The notes beneath the pieces were generated by a model that was not told the origin of the DNA, did not search any database, and saw only the letters and a list, made by a program, of their open reading frames with translations. DNA of 40,596 bases, from assembly GCA_964573345.1 (NCBI GenBank), contig CAZNJP010000001.1:1-40596 (forward strand). Reading direction: 5' to 3'. Both the position numbers and the translations under genes were made by a program. The stretch's first letter is position 1; every line of letters starts with the position of its first letter. This DNA comes from an uncultured Syntrophobacter sp. Lineage in GTDB: Bacteria; Desulfobacterota; Desulfofervidia; Desulfofervidales; DG-60. This document shows, one piece after another, positions 12,468 to 21,298 of this stretch.

Positions 12468-13121
12468 ATGAGCCGGAGAGTGGGTGTAGAAATTATAGGA
12501 AGACTATTTTTTTCCCACCCTATAAAATCCGTTAGGGCATTTTTGAGATACCGTCACTATTTGGCTCAAGGTAAACCGAATCCGACCGAGGCTCAACCTC
12601 CACCATTCTCCGACCGAGGCTCAACCTCCACCATTCTTATAGGGGCATATTGTCAGAAGCCCAAAGGCTGTCCAGTCGGGCGTTTTAACCATAGGTGCCT
12701 TTTTGCAGAGACTTTAACGACATATTCACCCTGTGAGTCCTGTGACCTTAAAAAAATGGCAGAATTGGCAATGGCAATCGAATCTCCCTTTTATATTATG
12801 ACTACTGCTTTAGATGTCTTCATAGATATCTTTTTAGGCAAAACTTTTTCGTGTTTTCTATTAATGATATGTGCTTATGCCAGAGAGCTTTTCTTATTTC
12901 TAGCCTTTGTCTTTAATATGAAAGGGCAGGTCTTTACACTAGGAAAGGGCAGTTGTCGAAATTATCAGGCGTTTCTATTGGCTGACATGGGCGGTAAATT
13001 AAATCAAACATTCCTTTCGCCCATTGCTCATAAATCCTTTGCTAGCTTGTATAAGGAAATTAAAGGTTCCAATAACTATCACAGATTGATTAGAAAAGGG
13101 CATTTCTATCTGATTTTATAA
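12468..13121 (+). CDS. Hypothetical Cys-rich protein (CQKPKGCPVGRFNHRC ... CESC); possibly DUF116-like, not securely recognised
   Basis: This is the first ATG downstream of tRNA-Phe in the 12342..13121 frame. The ORF stays open only because of a 28-bp tandem duplication at 12581-12637. There is no strong SD and no family motif I can name with certainty. Confidence 0.35.
   Translation: MSRRVGVEIIGRLFFSHPIKSVRAFLRYRHYLAQGKPNPTEAQPPPFSDRGSTSTILIGAYCQKPKGCPVGRFNHRCLFAETLTTYSPCESCDLKKMAELAMAIESPFYIMTTALDVFIDIFLGKTFSCFLLMICAYARELFLFLAFVFNMKGQVFTLGKGSCRNYQAFLLADMGGKLNQTFLSPIAHKSFASLYKEIKGSNNYHRLIRKGHFYLIL
12581..12637 (+). repeat. Perfect 28-bp tandem duplication (2 copies plus 1 nt) inside an ORF
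   Basis: ccgaccgaggctcaacctccaccattct occurs at 12582-12609 and again at 12610-12637. The two copies are translated in different frames (PTEAQPPPF, then DRGSTSTIL). Confidence 0.95.
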
Positions 13122-13227
13122 TGTACTTGCGGTCTTTTTCTCACAGTGCTTCTTCATGATTTCCCATTCTTCAGGAGACAGCCCACCTGGTTTATATAAA
13201 ATCTTTTGCCTTATCTGCGTCTTTCAT
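13116..13227 (-). pseudogene. Short relic of an HD / HD-GYP-type domain gene
   Basis: The minus strand reads KTQIRQKILYKPGGLSPEEWEIMKKHCEKK. This resembles the conserved IL.KPGKLT.EE.E.MK.H segment of HD-GYP domains. A shifted frame upstream reads MKDADKAKDFI. The relic is bounded by stops and only about 35-45 codons remain. Confidence 0.4.
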
Positions 13228-13283
13228 CTTATATGCCTCTTAAAACAGGCACCAATTTCACTATTTATTTCGAATTAGCTTCG

Positions 13284-14579
13284 TCAGTCGATTTCCCCTT
13301 TAAGTCTTTTTTTAATACTGGCTGCGTGGGCAAGGAGGCCTTCTATATGAGCCATCTCTATGGCCTTTGGCCCTAAGATATCTAGCCCTTCTTTAGAGAT
13401 GGAAATAATACTAGAGCGCTTTATAAAATGCTCCACAGAGAGCACAGAGGAAAATCTGGCAGTGCCTGCTGTAGGGAGGGTGTGATTTGGGCCAGCTATA
13501 TAATCACCGATGGGTTCTGAGGCATATTTCCCTAAAAAGATAGCTCCTGCATGCCTTATTTTACCTAATAAACTCATAGGTTCGCTTACCAAGAGTTCCA
13601 AGTGCTCTGGGGCAATGACATTTATGACCTCTGCAGCCATATTTAAATCTGGCAAAATGAATATATGCCCCTTTTGCTTTAAGGCCGCCCTTGCAATGTT
13701 TTTTCGAGGCAAAATAGGTAATTGTTTATCAATTTCCTCTAATACAGCCTTTGCATAAGATTTTGATGTAGTAACTAATATGGGCATAGCCATTTCATCG
13801 TGCTCTGCCTGGGAGAGTAGATCGGCAGCTACCCATGAAGAAGACACACTTCCATCGCAAATAACCACAATTTCACTGGGCCCGGCAACCATATCAATAC
13901 CTACTTCTCCAAACACCAGTTTTTTGGCAGCAGCAACATAGATATTTCCTGGTCCACAAATGAAATCCACCCTTGGGACTGTTTTTGTGCCAAACGCCAT
14001 AGCAGCAATGGCCTGTGCCCCTCCAAGGCGAAATATCCTTTTTATTCTCATAATTTTAGTAGCTGCTAATGTAGCTGGAGAAATCTGCCCCTTAGGTGTA
14101 GGCATGGCCATAATAATCTCCCTTACCCCAGCTATTTTGGCAGGTATGACATTCATCAATACTGTAGAAGGATAAGCAGCCTTTCCTCCAGGACAGTATA
14201 TGCCAACCTTTTCTAAAGGCGTAATCCGCTGTCCAAGGAGATTTGCTGTTTCATCTGTAATAAACCAACTTTTTGGCAATTCCTTATGATGAAACGCCTC
14301 AATCCTTTTTGCTGCGTACTCTAAGGCAGGAATGATTTCTCTGCTTTTTTGATAGGCTGCATTAATCTCTTCTGAGCCAATCTCGAAACCCATATTTTTT
14401 AAGTCCACAGAGTCAAATTTTTTGGTATATTTTACTAAGGCCTGATCCCCATATTTTTTTACATCTTCCAGGATGGCAGAAACGGTTTTAAGTACCTGTT
14501 GTGGGACAAACCTTTGCCTTTGCCAATGTTTTTTAAACTTTAATAAATCGGCCTTGTTTTTAATAATCGAGGTTTTCAT
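13284..14579 (-). CDS. hisD: Histidinol dehydrogenase
   Basis: 431 aa carrying GGAQAIAAMAFGT, CGPGNIYVAAAK, SQAEHDE, APEHLEL and NHTLPT. Confidence 0.95.
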   Translation of the reverse strand: MKTSIIKNKADLLKFKKHWQRQRFVPQQVLKTVSAILEDVKKYGDQALVKYTKKFDSVDLKNMGFEIGSEEINAAYQKSREIIPALEYAAKRIEAFHHKELPKSWFITDETANLLGQRITPLEKVGIYCPGGKAAYPSTVLMNVIPAKIAGVREIIMAMPTPKGQISPATLAATKIMRIKRIFRLGGAQAIAAMAFGTKTVPRVDFICGPGNIYVAAAKKLVFGEVGIDMVAGPSEIVVICDGSVSSSWVAADLLSQAEHDEMAMPILVTTSKSYAKAVLEEIDKQLPILPRKNIARAALKQKGHIFILPDLNMAAEVINVIAPEHLELLVSEPMSLLGKIRHAGAIFLGKYASEPIGDYIAGPNHTLPTAGTARFSSVLSVEHFIKRSSIISISKEGLDILGPKAIEMAHIEGLLAHAASIKKRLKGEID

Positions 14580-14598
14580 CTTTGCTCGTACTGTTGTT

Positions 14599-16293
14599 TT
14601 AAGTAACCCTCAATACTTCCTCTATAGTAGTAATCCCCTCTTTTATCTTTTCTAATCCACTTGCCCTTAAGGTCTTCATGCCCTCAGAAATTGCCTTTTC
14701 TCTAATCTCTTCTGCACTTGCCCTGGTCAGAATTAAATTCATAATGTCATCGCTGGTAGTCAAAATTTCGAATAGGGCAACCCTGCCCTTATAACCGGTG
14801 TTGTTGCAAAAGTTACACCCCTTCCCTTGGTAAACTTTGACATTCTTTGCCTCTTTGGGTGTGAAACCAACCTTTGTCAATAACCCAGGTTCCACCTTTA
14901 TTTTCTGTTTGCAGTGAGGGCAAACTACCCTTACCAATCTTTGGGCAATAATAGCAATTAGAGAAGAGGAGACCAAAAATGGCTCAACGCCCATGTCTAA
15001 TAGACGTGTGATGGCGCTCGGGGCATCGTTGGTATGCAAGGTACTTAATACTAAGTGGCCAGTAAGGGCAGCCTTAACGCCTATATCTGCTGTTTCTGAA
15101 TCCCTGATCTCTCCTACCATAATAATGTCCGGGTCTTGTCTTAAAAAAGAACGCAAGGCAGAAGAAAATGTCAAACCAATCTTTTCTTTAATTTGGACTT
15201 GATTGATGCCCTCCAGGGTATATTCAATGGGGTCTTCAGCCGTAACGATATTTACCTCCTTTGAATTGAGTTTATTTAAAATGGCATACAATGTGGTTGT
15301 CTTTCCACTACCTGTAGGTCCGGTAACTAATATCATTCCATAAGGACGCTGGATTGCCCACAAAAATTTATTAAGCCCTTCTTTGCTTAAACCTAACCCG
15401 TCAATGCCTTTAATGCCTGAAGACTTATCAAGTAAGCGCAGGACAGTCTTTTCTCCATAAAGGGTAGGCATAGTTGAAACACGTATATCTATATCTTTTT
15501 TGCCTGCTTTTATCTCTATCCTACCATCCTGCGGGCGCCTTTTTTCTGCAATGTCTAAGGCAGACATAATCTTAAGGCGGGCAGTAAGTGAAGACTCTAA
15601 TCTAATAGGCATGTTCATAAAATTGTGTAATATACCATCCATACGGTAACGTATTCTAATCTGGTCCCTGTAAGGTTCAAGATGGATATCACTAGCACCC
15701 TTTTTTATAGCGCTTACCAAAATATGATTAACCAATTTAACTACAGGGGCTTCCTCTGCTTGGACCTCCTCTAAATTTACTGTCTCTTTTTCTTTTTTTC
15801 GAATCTCCACATGGGTTTCTTCACGTAACTCGTCTAATATCTTTGAAGGAATAACCGAACCATAATATCTGTCAATGGCTTCTCTAATAGCTGTCTCTGC
15901 AGCCAAAACCAATTTTACTTTATGTTCAGTAATGAATTCCAGGTCATTTAGCACAAAGATATTAAATGGGTCTGAGGTAGCCATCGTCAGTCTCTTTTCC
16001 TCTTTTGCAATGGGAATTACCTGGTACCTCTCAGCTACTTGCTGAGGGATGAGAGAAATGAGAGATTTATCTACATTTGTTTGCCTGAGCTTTATAGCAT
16101 CAAGGCCAAATTCTTTTGCCAGAAAGGAAACTAGTGTATCTTCATTAATATAACCTAACCGAATTAGGTTATACCCTAAGCGCCCACCTGATATCCTTTG
16201 CTCTTCCAAGGCTTTCTGCAACTGTGGTTGTGTAATAATGCCTGCCTTTACCAGCCCTTCGCCTAATTTTTGGTGGATTAACATTTGTTTCAT
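14599..16293 (-). CDS. GspE/PilB-family type II secretion / type IV pilus assembly ATPase
   Basis: Has an N-terminal GspE_N-type domain, Walker A GPTGSGKTTTLY, Walker B IIMVGEIRD, His box LVLSTLHTNDA and the tetracysteine CPHC...CNFC. Confidence 0.9.
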   Translation of the reverse strand: MKQMLIHQKLGEGLVKAGIITQPQLQKALEEQRISGGRLGYNLIRLGYINEDTLVSFLAKEFGLDAIKLRQTNVDKSLISLIPQQVAERYQVIPIAKEEKRLTMATSDPFNIFVLNDLEFITEHKVKLVLAAETAIREAIDRYYGSVIPSKILDELREETHVEIRKKEKETVNLEEVQAEEAPVVKLVNHILVSAIKKGASDIHLEPYRDQIRIRYRMDGILHNFMNMPIRLESSLTARLKIMSALDIAEKRRPQDGRIEIKAGKKDIDIRVSTMPTLYGEKTVLRLLDKSSGIKGIDGLGLSKEGLNKFLWAIQRPYGMILVTGPTGSGKTTTLYAILNKLNSKEVNIVTAEDPIEYTLEGINQVQIKEKIGLTFSSALRSFLRQDPDIIMVGEIRDSETADIGVKAALTGHLVLSTLHTNDAPSAITRLLDMGVEPFLVSSSLIAIIAQRLVRVVCPHCKQKIKVEPGLLTKVGFTPKEAKNVKVYQGKGCNFCNNTGYKGRVALFEILTTSDDIMNLILTRASAEEIREKAISEGMKTLRASGLEKIKEGITTIEEVLRVT

Positions 16294-16383
16294 TTCATTT
16301 TTTTATCATAAATATAGTTTTTATTAAAGTACTCCTTTACATGCATTACTTGAAAATTTTATAAAAAATGGTAAGTCTCATTA

Positions 16384-16820
16384 GTGTTTGAAAATATAGA
16401 AGTCCTTAGTACGGTCTTTGTCGTCTTAGCCGCTGCTGGAGTAGTGGTTTTATCTTATGTAAAATTGCATTCTTTTATAGGGCTTGAAAGGGTTCTTTTG
16501 GGCTTTTCTGTATTGATTTGTAAAGATTTTCTACTAACTGAATATACTTTTATAATTAGTTGTCTGGGGTATCTTTTTTTTACTTTGGGGGTTTTTAAAA
16601 TTCATAACAATCTGCGAGGATTAAAAGAAAGGGGTTACATAGATCCTGTTACCAAAGCTTATAATCGCTCTTTTTTGATAAACTAATTGTGCAACTTGCA
16701 AACAAACCTGAACAAATAAGGCATTCTTTTGCTTTTATCATGATAGGACTGGATAATAATGATGATCAGTCCAGCTTATCCAGTTTCTTTACCTTTCTAA
16801 CGGGTTTACATCCTAAATAA
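16384..16820 (+). pseudogene. Truncated diguanylate cyclase: membrane N-terminus plus only the first residues of a GGDEF domain
   Basis: The 100-aa ORF (16384-16686) has about three hydrophobic helices. It ends in YIDPVTKAYNRSFLIN-stop, which is the D-P-[LV]-T-x-x-x-N-R-x-x-F entry motif of GGDEF domains. A shifted frame (16722-16820) reads SFAFIMIGLDNNDDQ and may be a second relic. No GG[DE]EF motif is present before the next gene. Confidence 0.6.
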
Positions 16821-16832
16821 AAAATTTATAAT
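16805..16832 (+). promoter_or_regulatory. Candidate sigma70-type promoter, possibly giving a leaderless ABC-operon transcript
   Basis: TTTACA (16805-16810), then a 16-nt spacer, then TATAAT (16827-16832). Only 8 nt (tttaaccc, no SD) separate the -10 from the ATG at 16841. Confidence 0.4.
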
Positions 16833-16840
16833 TTTAACCC

Positions 16841-17764
16841 ATGATCGAAGTTTCCCATGTAAGTAAGAGATTTGGCCCTAGGATAGCATTAGAAGATGTT
16901 TCTTTTTATGTAGAAAAAGGAGAAATCTTGGGGTTCTTAGGGCCAAATGGCGCAGGAAAGACTACTACTATGCGTATCTTAATAGGGGTTTTCCCGCCTA
17001 GTTCAGGCACTATTCGTATCGCGGGCTATGATGTGCAAAAAGAACCCCTTAAAGTAAAAAGGCTGCTAGGGTACTTCCCTGAACACAACCCCCTTTATGG
17101 GGAGATGGTAGTGAGAGATTATCTATCTTTTGTGGCCGAAATGAAGGGTGTAGAGAGAGCCAAGAGGATGGTTCAAGTAAATGAAATCATGGAAAGGTGT
17201 GGGCTGATCAAGGTAGGTTCACGCTTAATTAAACGTCTATCAAAGGGCTATAGGCAACGCATAGGAATGGCCCAAGCTTTGGTCGGTGACCCAGAAATCC
17301 TCATTCTGGATGAGCCTACCATTGGTTTAGATCCAAAGCAGGCCTTAGAGACAAGACAGATGATTGAGGAATTAGCTGGTAAAAAGACTATTATCCTAAG
17401 TACCCATATCCTTCCTGAGGTAAGCATGACCTGCACAAGGGTATTAATTATTAATGAAGGAAAAGTCATTGCAGAAGATGCCCTTGAGAGCCTTACGTAC
17501 GAAGGAGGGATAGGTATAATTGTCAAGGCACAGGAAGAACCACTGCTCTCTACATTAAGGGCCATTAGTGGGATAAAGCAAGTGACCATAGAAGATAAAA
17601 AAGAAAATATTATTAACATCAAAATAGAGACTTCTCAGGAGGTAAGGCCTCAAATAGCAGCTAAAATTGTTGAAAATGGATGGGAGCTTTTGGAGATGAC
17701 ACAGCTTAAGGCTAGCTTAGAAGAGATATTTGTAAAACTGGTCACCAAAGAGGAAGCTCAATGA
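16841..17764 (+). CDS. ABC transporter ATP-binding protein (GldA / ABC-2 type)
   Basis: Carries Walker A GPNGAGKTT, signature LSKGYRQR and Walker B ILILDEPT. Confidence 0.9.
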   Translation: MIEVSHVSKRFGPRIALEDVSFYVEKGEILGFLGPNGAGKTTTMRILIGVFPPSSGTIRIAGYDVQKEPLKVKRLLGYFPEHNPLYGEMVVRDYLSFVAEMKGVERAKRMVQVNEIMERCGLIKVGSRLIKRLSKGYRQRIGMAQALVGDPEILILDEPTIGLDPKQALETRQMIEELAGKKTIILSTHILPEVSMTCTRVLIINEGKVIAEDALESLTYEGGIGIIVKAQEEPLLSTLRAISGIKQVTIEDKKENIINIKIETSQEVRPQIAAKIVENGWELLEMTQLKASLEEIFVKLVTKEEAQ

Positions 17765-18522
17765 AGAACATTTATTTTCTTGTAAAAAAAGAACTAAAAA
17801 TCTATTTTTCTTCCCCTATTGCCTATAGCGTTTCATTTATATTTTTACTTATTGTAGGATACTTTTTTTATAGCAATGTGGCTTATTTTAGCCTAATCAG
17901 TTTGCAGGCTGGGCAAGGTTTTATGGGATTAAACCTTATTGATTGGGTTGTCCGTCCCATGTTAGGGAACATGGGTATAGTCTTATTGCTTATTTTGCCA
18001 CTTCTTACTATGAGACTGTTTGCAGAAGAGAGGTCCCATGGAAACCTTGAGCTTTTCCTTACTTACCCATTAAGGGATATGGAGGTAGTATTAGGGAAAT
18101 TTTTTGGCTGTTTGTCAGTCTATACATTAATGCTTTTATTTACCCTTCTTTATCCTTTGCTGTTATATTTAATAGGAAGAACGGATATTTCCCCTTTTTT
18201 TACTGGTTATCTAGGCATTTTTTTGATGGGGAGCACCTTTATTGCCTTAGGGCTTTTTGTCTCTGCCCTTACAGGGAGCCAAATTGTTGCTGCCGTAGTT
18301 ACCTTTGGCATGTCGCTTCTTTTTTGGATTATTAATTGGGCTGCCCATTTTACAGAGCCTCCGCTGTCTAAGATCTTAGAGGCTGTTTCTATTATCAACC
18401 ATTTTGAGAATTTTTCAAAGGGCATTATTGATACAGCAGATATTGTTTTTTATTTAAGCTTTATATTTTTTTCCCTATTTTTGACATTACGGGTATTAGA
18501 GGCTGGGCGTATTCGAGGATAA
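17761..18522 (+). CDS. ABC-2 type transporter permease (GldF-like)
   Basis: 253 aa with about six hydrophobic helices. Its start overlaps the ATPase stop (ATGA). Confidence 0.8.
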   Translation: MKNIYFLVKKELKIYFSSPIAYSVSFIFLLIVGYFFYSNVAYFSLISLQAGQGFMGLNLIDWVVRPMLGNMGIVLLLILPLLTMRLFAEERSHGNLELFLTYPLRDMEVVLGKFFGCLSVYTLMLLFTLLYPLLLYLIGRTDISPFFTGYLGIFLMGSTFIALGLFVSALTGSQIVAAVVTFGMSLLFWIINWAAHFTEPPLSKILEAVSIINHFENFSKGIIDTADIVFYLSFIFFSLFLTLRVLEAGRIRG

Positions 18523-19848
18523 ATGAAAAGGTATATTGAAATACAAATTGGTCTTCTTATTTCTATCTTTTTGGGAATTCTGATAGTAATAAACCTGCTT
18601 TCCAGCCAGCATCACTTGCGTTTTGATTTGACTGCTAGCAAGCGATATAGTCTGTCTGCTCAAACTATTAAGGTATTAAAAAAATTAAGGGAGCCTGTTA
18701 AGGTCATAGGTTTTTTTACTGATGGGGCAGAAAAAACTAAGGCTAGAGAGCTTTTAGAAGAATATAGGTACCAATCATCAAAATTTAAATATACATTTAT
18801 TGACCCAGATCGGCGTCCACTAGAGGCAAAGAGGTATGGGATTACAAGATACAATACCGTTGTAATCAGTTGTGGAGAAAAAGAGGAGAAGGTGTCTTCA
18901 TTAACAGAGGAGGGTCTTACTAATGCCTTAATCCGTGCGACGCGTTCTGGTAAAAAGACCATTTATTTTTTATCAGGACATGATGAGCACAATGTAGAGG
19001 ATATAGGAAAAGTTGGATATGCTCAGATAAGAGAGGAACTTTTAAGGCAAGGCTATGAGGTAAAGAGTCTAACGCTTTTTCAAACAGGAAAAGTACCTAA
19101 AGATGCAGCCACATTAGTGATTGCTGGTCCAAAAAAATCCATTTTATCAGGAGAGATAAAGGCCATCTCTGATTATTTAAATGGTGAAGGAAGGCTTTTT
19201 CTTTTGTTAGACCCAGAATCAGGGGATGAATTTGGTTATTTTTTAAAAGAAAGGGGGGTGACATTGGGACAGGATGTGATTATAGATAAAATGAGTAGCC
19301 TTTTTGGTGGCGATTATTTAATGCCTGTAGTATTAAAGTATAATTCATCACATCCTATTACCAAGGACTTTAGGTTGGCGTGTTTTTTGGTTATGGCCCG
19401 TTCTGTACGGCCATTACAAGACACTTCAAAGGATATAAGTGTAGAGACACTAGCTTGGACAAGTGGAAGTGATTGGGCAGAAACGGATTTAAATGCCTTA
19501 AATCAGGGTAAGGTAAGTTTTGATGAGAAAAGAGACAGGCCTGGCCCTACACCAGTAGCCATAGTGAGTGCTAAAGAGGGTTCTCGTTTAGTGGTATTTG
19601 GAGATTCAGATTTTATTTCTAATACCTATTTAGGCCTTTCTGGGAATAAAGACCTTTTTCTTAATGTCATCAATTGGCTTACTGAGGAAAAGGACTTGGT
19701 CGCCATTCCTCCCAAAGAGATAAAAAACACTCCTTTGATTTTGACAAAAAATCAAGCAAAAATGATATTTTGGATCCCAGTAGTGATAATGCCTGGTTTT
19801 GTCCTTATTTGGGGCATAGCTGTCTATGTTAAAAGAAGAAGGCTATGA
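18523..19848 (+). CDS. GldG-like ABC transporter auxiliary component
   Basis: Has N- and C-terminal TM anchors flanking a large exported domain. The sequence pattern (YFLSGHDE, VIAGPKK, VVFGDSDF) and its position after the ABC-2 ATPase and permease fit the GldG family. Confidence 0.7.
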   Translation: MKRYIEIQIGLLISIFLGILIVINLLSSQHHLRFDLTASKRYSLSAQTIKVLKKLREPVKVIGFFTDGAEKTKARELLEEYRYQSSKFKYTFIDPDRRPLEAKRYGITRYNTVVISCGEKEEKVSSLTEEGLTNALIRATRSGKKTIYFLSGHDEHNVEDIGKVGYAQIREELLRQGYEVKSLTLFQTGKVPKDAATLVIAGPKKSILSGEIKAISDYLNGEGRLFLLLDPESGDEFGYFLKERGVTLGQDVIIDKMSSLFGGDYLMPVVLKYNSSHPITKDFRLACFLVMARSVRPLQDTSKDISVETLAWTSGSDWAETDLNALNQGKVSFDEKRDRPGPTPVAIVSAKEGSRLVVFGDSDFISNTYLGLSGNKDLFLNVINWLTEEKDLVAIPPKEIKNTPLILTKNQAKMIFWIPVVIMPGFVLIWGIAVYVKRRRL

Positions 19849-21116
19849 GAAGGTTAGGCATATACATATTAATTCTGATTTCTCTTATTACATTTTATTA
19901 TCTCTATGAAATCAGGAGACAAAAAGGAGAGGGCCAAGAAGAAAAAAGGCTTTTTACCTTAAATTCAGAAGCAGTGAATAAACTCGTTTTAGAAAACAAT
20001 TATAATCATTTTGAGTTTATAAAAAAAGGTAAAAAATGGTGGATAGACAGACCTATAGAGGACTTTGCAGACAAGTATATAGTAGATGGAATCATAGATA
20101 GTTTAAGTTCTGCAACCATTGAAAAAAGGATTTCCCCTTTGCCTCATGATTTAAGCCCTTATGGACTAAATGAGCCTTCATTTAAAATAACCGTTTTTTC
20201 TGGTGAAAACACCCATTTTTTATCATTAGGGACTGATACCCCAAATCATGCCTACATCTATGGCATTACAAAAGGAGGAGATGCAATTTATCTTTTGCCC
20301 ATTCGCTTAAAATACACTTTAAATAAAGATATTTCTGAATTTAGAGATAAGGCTATTTTAGATTTTGACCCTCAAAAGGTAAAAAAGATCTCTTTAAATT
20401 GGCCTCAGGCAAAAGCTGTTTTGGTAAAGGAAAAAAACTGGCAAATTTCAGCTCCATTTAAGGAAGTAGCAGACGAGAGTGAGGTAGAGGACTTTCTTTA
20501 TTACATTCAGGCAGGGCGTGCCCTAAATTTTATAAAAGTACCTTTTAAACCCATAATAAACATTGAGCTTTGGATAAATGGACAAAAAGGGCCATTATGG
20601 GTAAAGATAGGAAAAAAAGATAAGGTTTATGTTAAAAGTAGTTATCACCCTGATGAGATGGTGGTTGAAGATGCGTTTTTAAAAGAGTTACCGAAATCTG
20701 CTATGGTCTTTAAAAAAAGGTATATTTTTAGCTTTGACAAGGAATCTATCTCTAAAATTAAAATAAAATGTAATAACAAGACAGTAATTGCCAAAAAGGA
20801 TAAAGAAAAAAAATGGGAAATTACCCCTAGTAATTTGGCCAAGGATTATGAAATTGCATTCTTTTTAAGTGAGCTAAAAAATTTGAAGTATTTGCCTGAA
20901 AAGATACCAAGACCAAAAAATTTCTCATTTTCTCTAGCAGATATAAAACTGTGGGGTAAAGATGGGAAACAAAGCTTAGAGGCTAAATATTTTAAAGGCG
21001 ATAATGAAGTTTCCTGGATAGGGACAAGTAATGAGGTTTATCCTATTAAAGCAAGCTTTTTTGAGAGCTTTCCTGAAAGGTTAAAAGGGGGAAAAGATGG
21101 CAAGGATCACAGTTGA
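19845..21116 (+). CDS. DUF4340-like protein, N-terminally anchored; the usual partner of GldG-type ABC systems
   Basis: Has a signal-anchor and a repeated beta-rich ~100-aa organisation. The gene overlaps the gldG-like stop. The family assignment rests on context and general resemblance only. Confidence 0.5.
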   Translation: MRRLGIYILILISLITFYYLYEIRRQKGEGQEEKRLFTLNSEAVNKLVLENNYNHFEFIKKGKKWWIDRPIEDFADKYIVDGIIDSLSSATIEKRISPLPHDLSPYGLNEPSFKITVFSGENTHFLSLGTDTPNHAYIYGITKGGDAIYLLPIRLKYTLNKDISEFRDKAILDFDPQKVKKISLNWPQAKAVLVKEKNWQISAPFKEVADESEVEDFLYYIQAGRALNFIKVPFKPIINIELWINGQKGPLWVKIGKKDKVYVKSSYHPDEMVVEDAFLKELPKSAMVFKKRYIFSFDKESISKIKIKCNNKTVIAKKDKEKKWEITPSNLAKDYEIAFFLSELKNLKYLPEKIPRPKNFSFSLADIKLWGKDGKQSLEAKYFKGDNEVSWIGTSNEVYPIKASFFESFPERLKGGKDGKDHS

Positions 21117-21297
21117 GGATTGTTTAAAGCAAGTAGGTAATAGGTTTACCTTAGTTCATATGGCAATAAAAAGGGTATTACAGATAAGGGAGGGAAAGGA
21201 AATACTCATTGAAAACCCTAAAAATAAAGAGATTGTAGTAGCATTAAGGGAAATTGCTGCAGATAAAATAAGGATTAAAGAGGAGTCAGAAAATTAA
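21097..21297 (+). CDS. rpoZ: DNA-directed RNA polymerase subunit omega
   Basis: MARITVEDCLKQVGNRFTLVHMAIKRVLQIREG is a typical omega N-terminus. 66 aa. Confidence 0.85.
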   Translation: MARITVEDCLKQVGNRFTLVHMAIKRVLQIREGKEILIENPKNKEIVVALREIAADKIRIKEESEN

Positions 21298-21298
21298 A

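Noticed and set aside
12581-12637. The 28-nt repeat as a minimal CRISPR array
   Set aside because: The two copies are directly adjacent with no spacer. There are no further copies and no cas genes. This is a tandem duplication.
12374-13283. An integrated mobile element at the 3' side of tRNA-Phe
   Set aside because: There is no integrase or recombinase ORF. I could find no direct repeat of the tRNA 3' end downstream; only a 7-nt ggcacca match lies near 13248-13254. The locus looks degraded rather than like a recognisable island.
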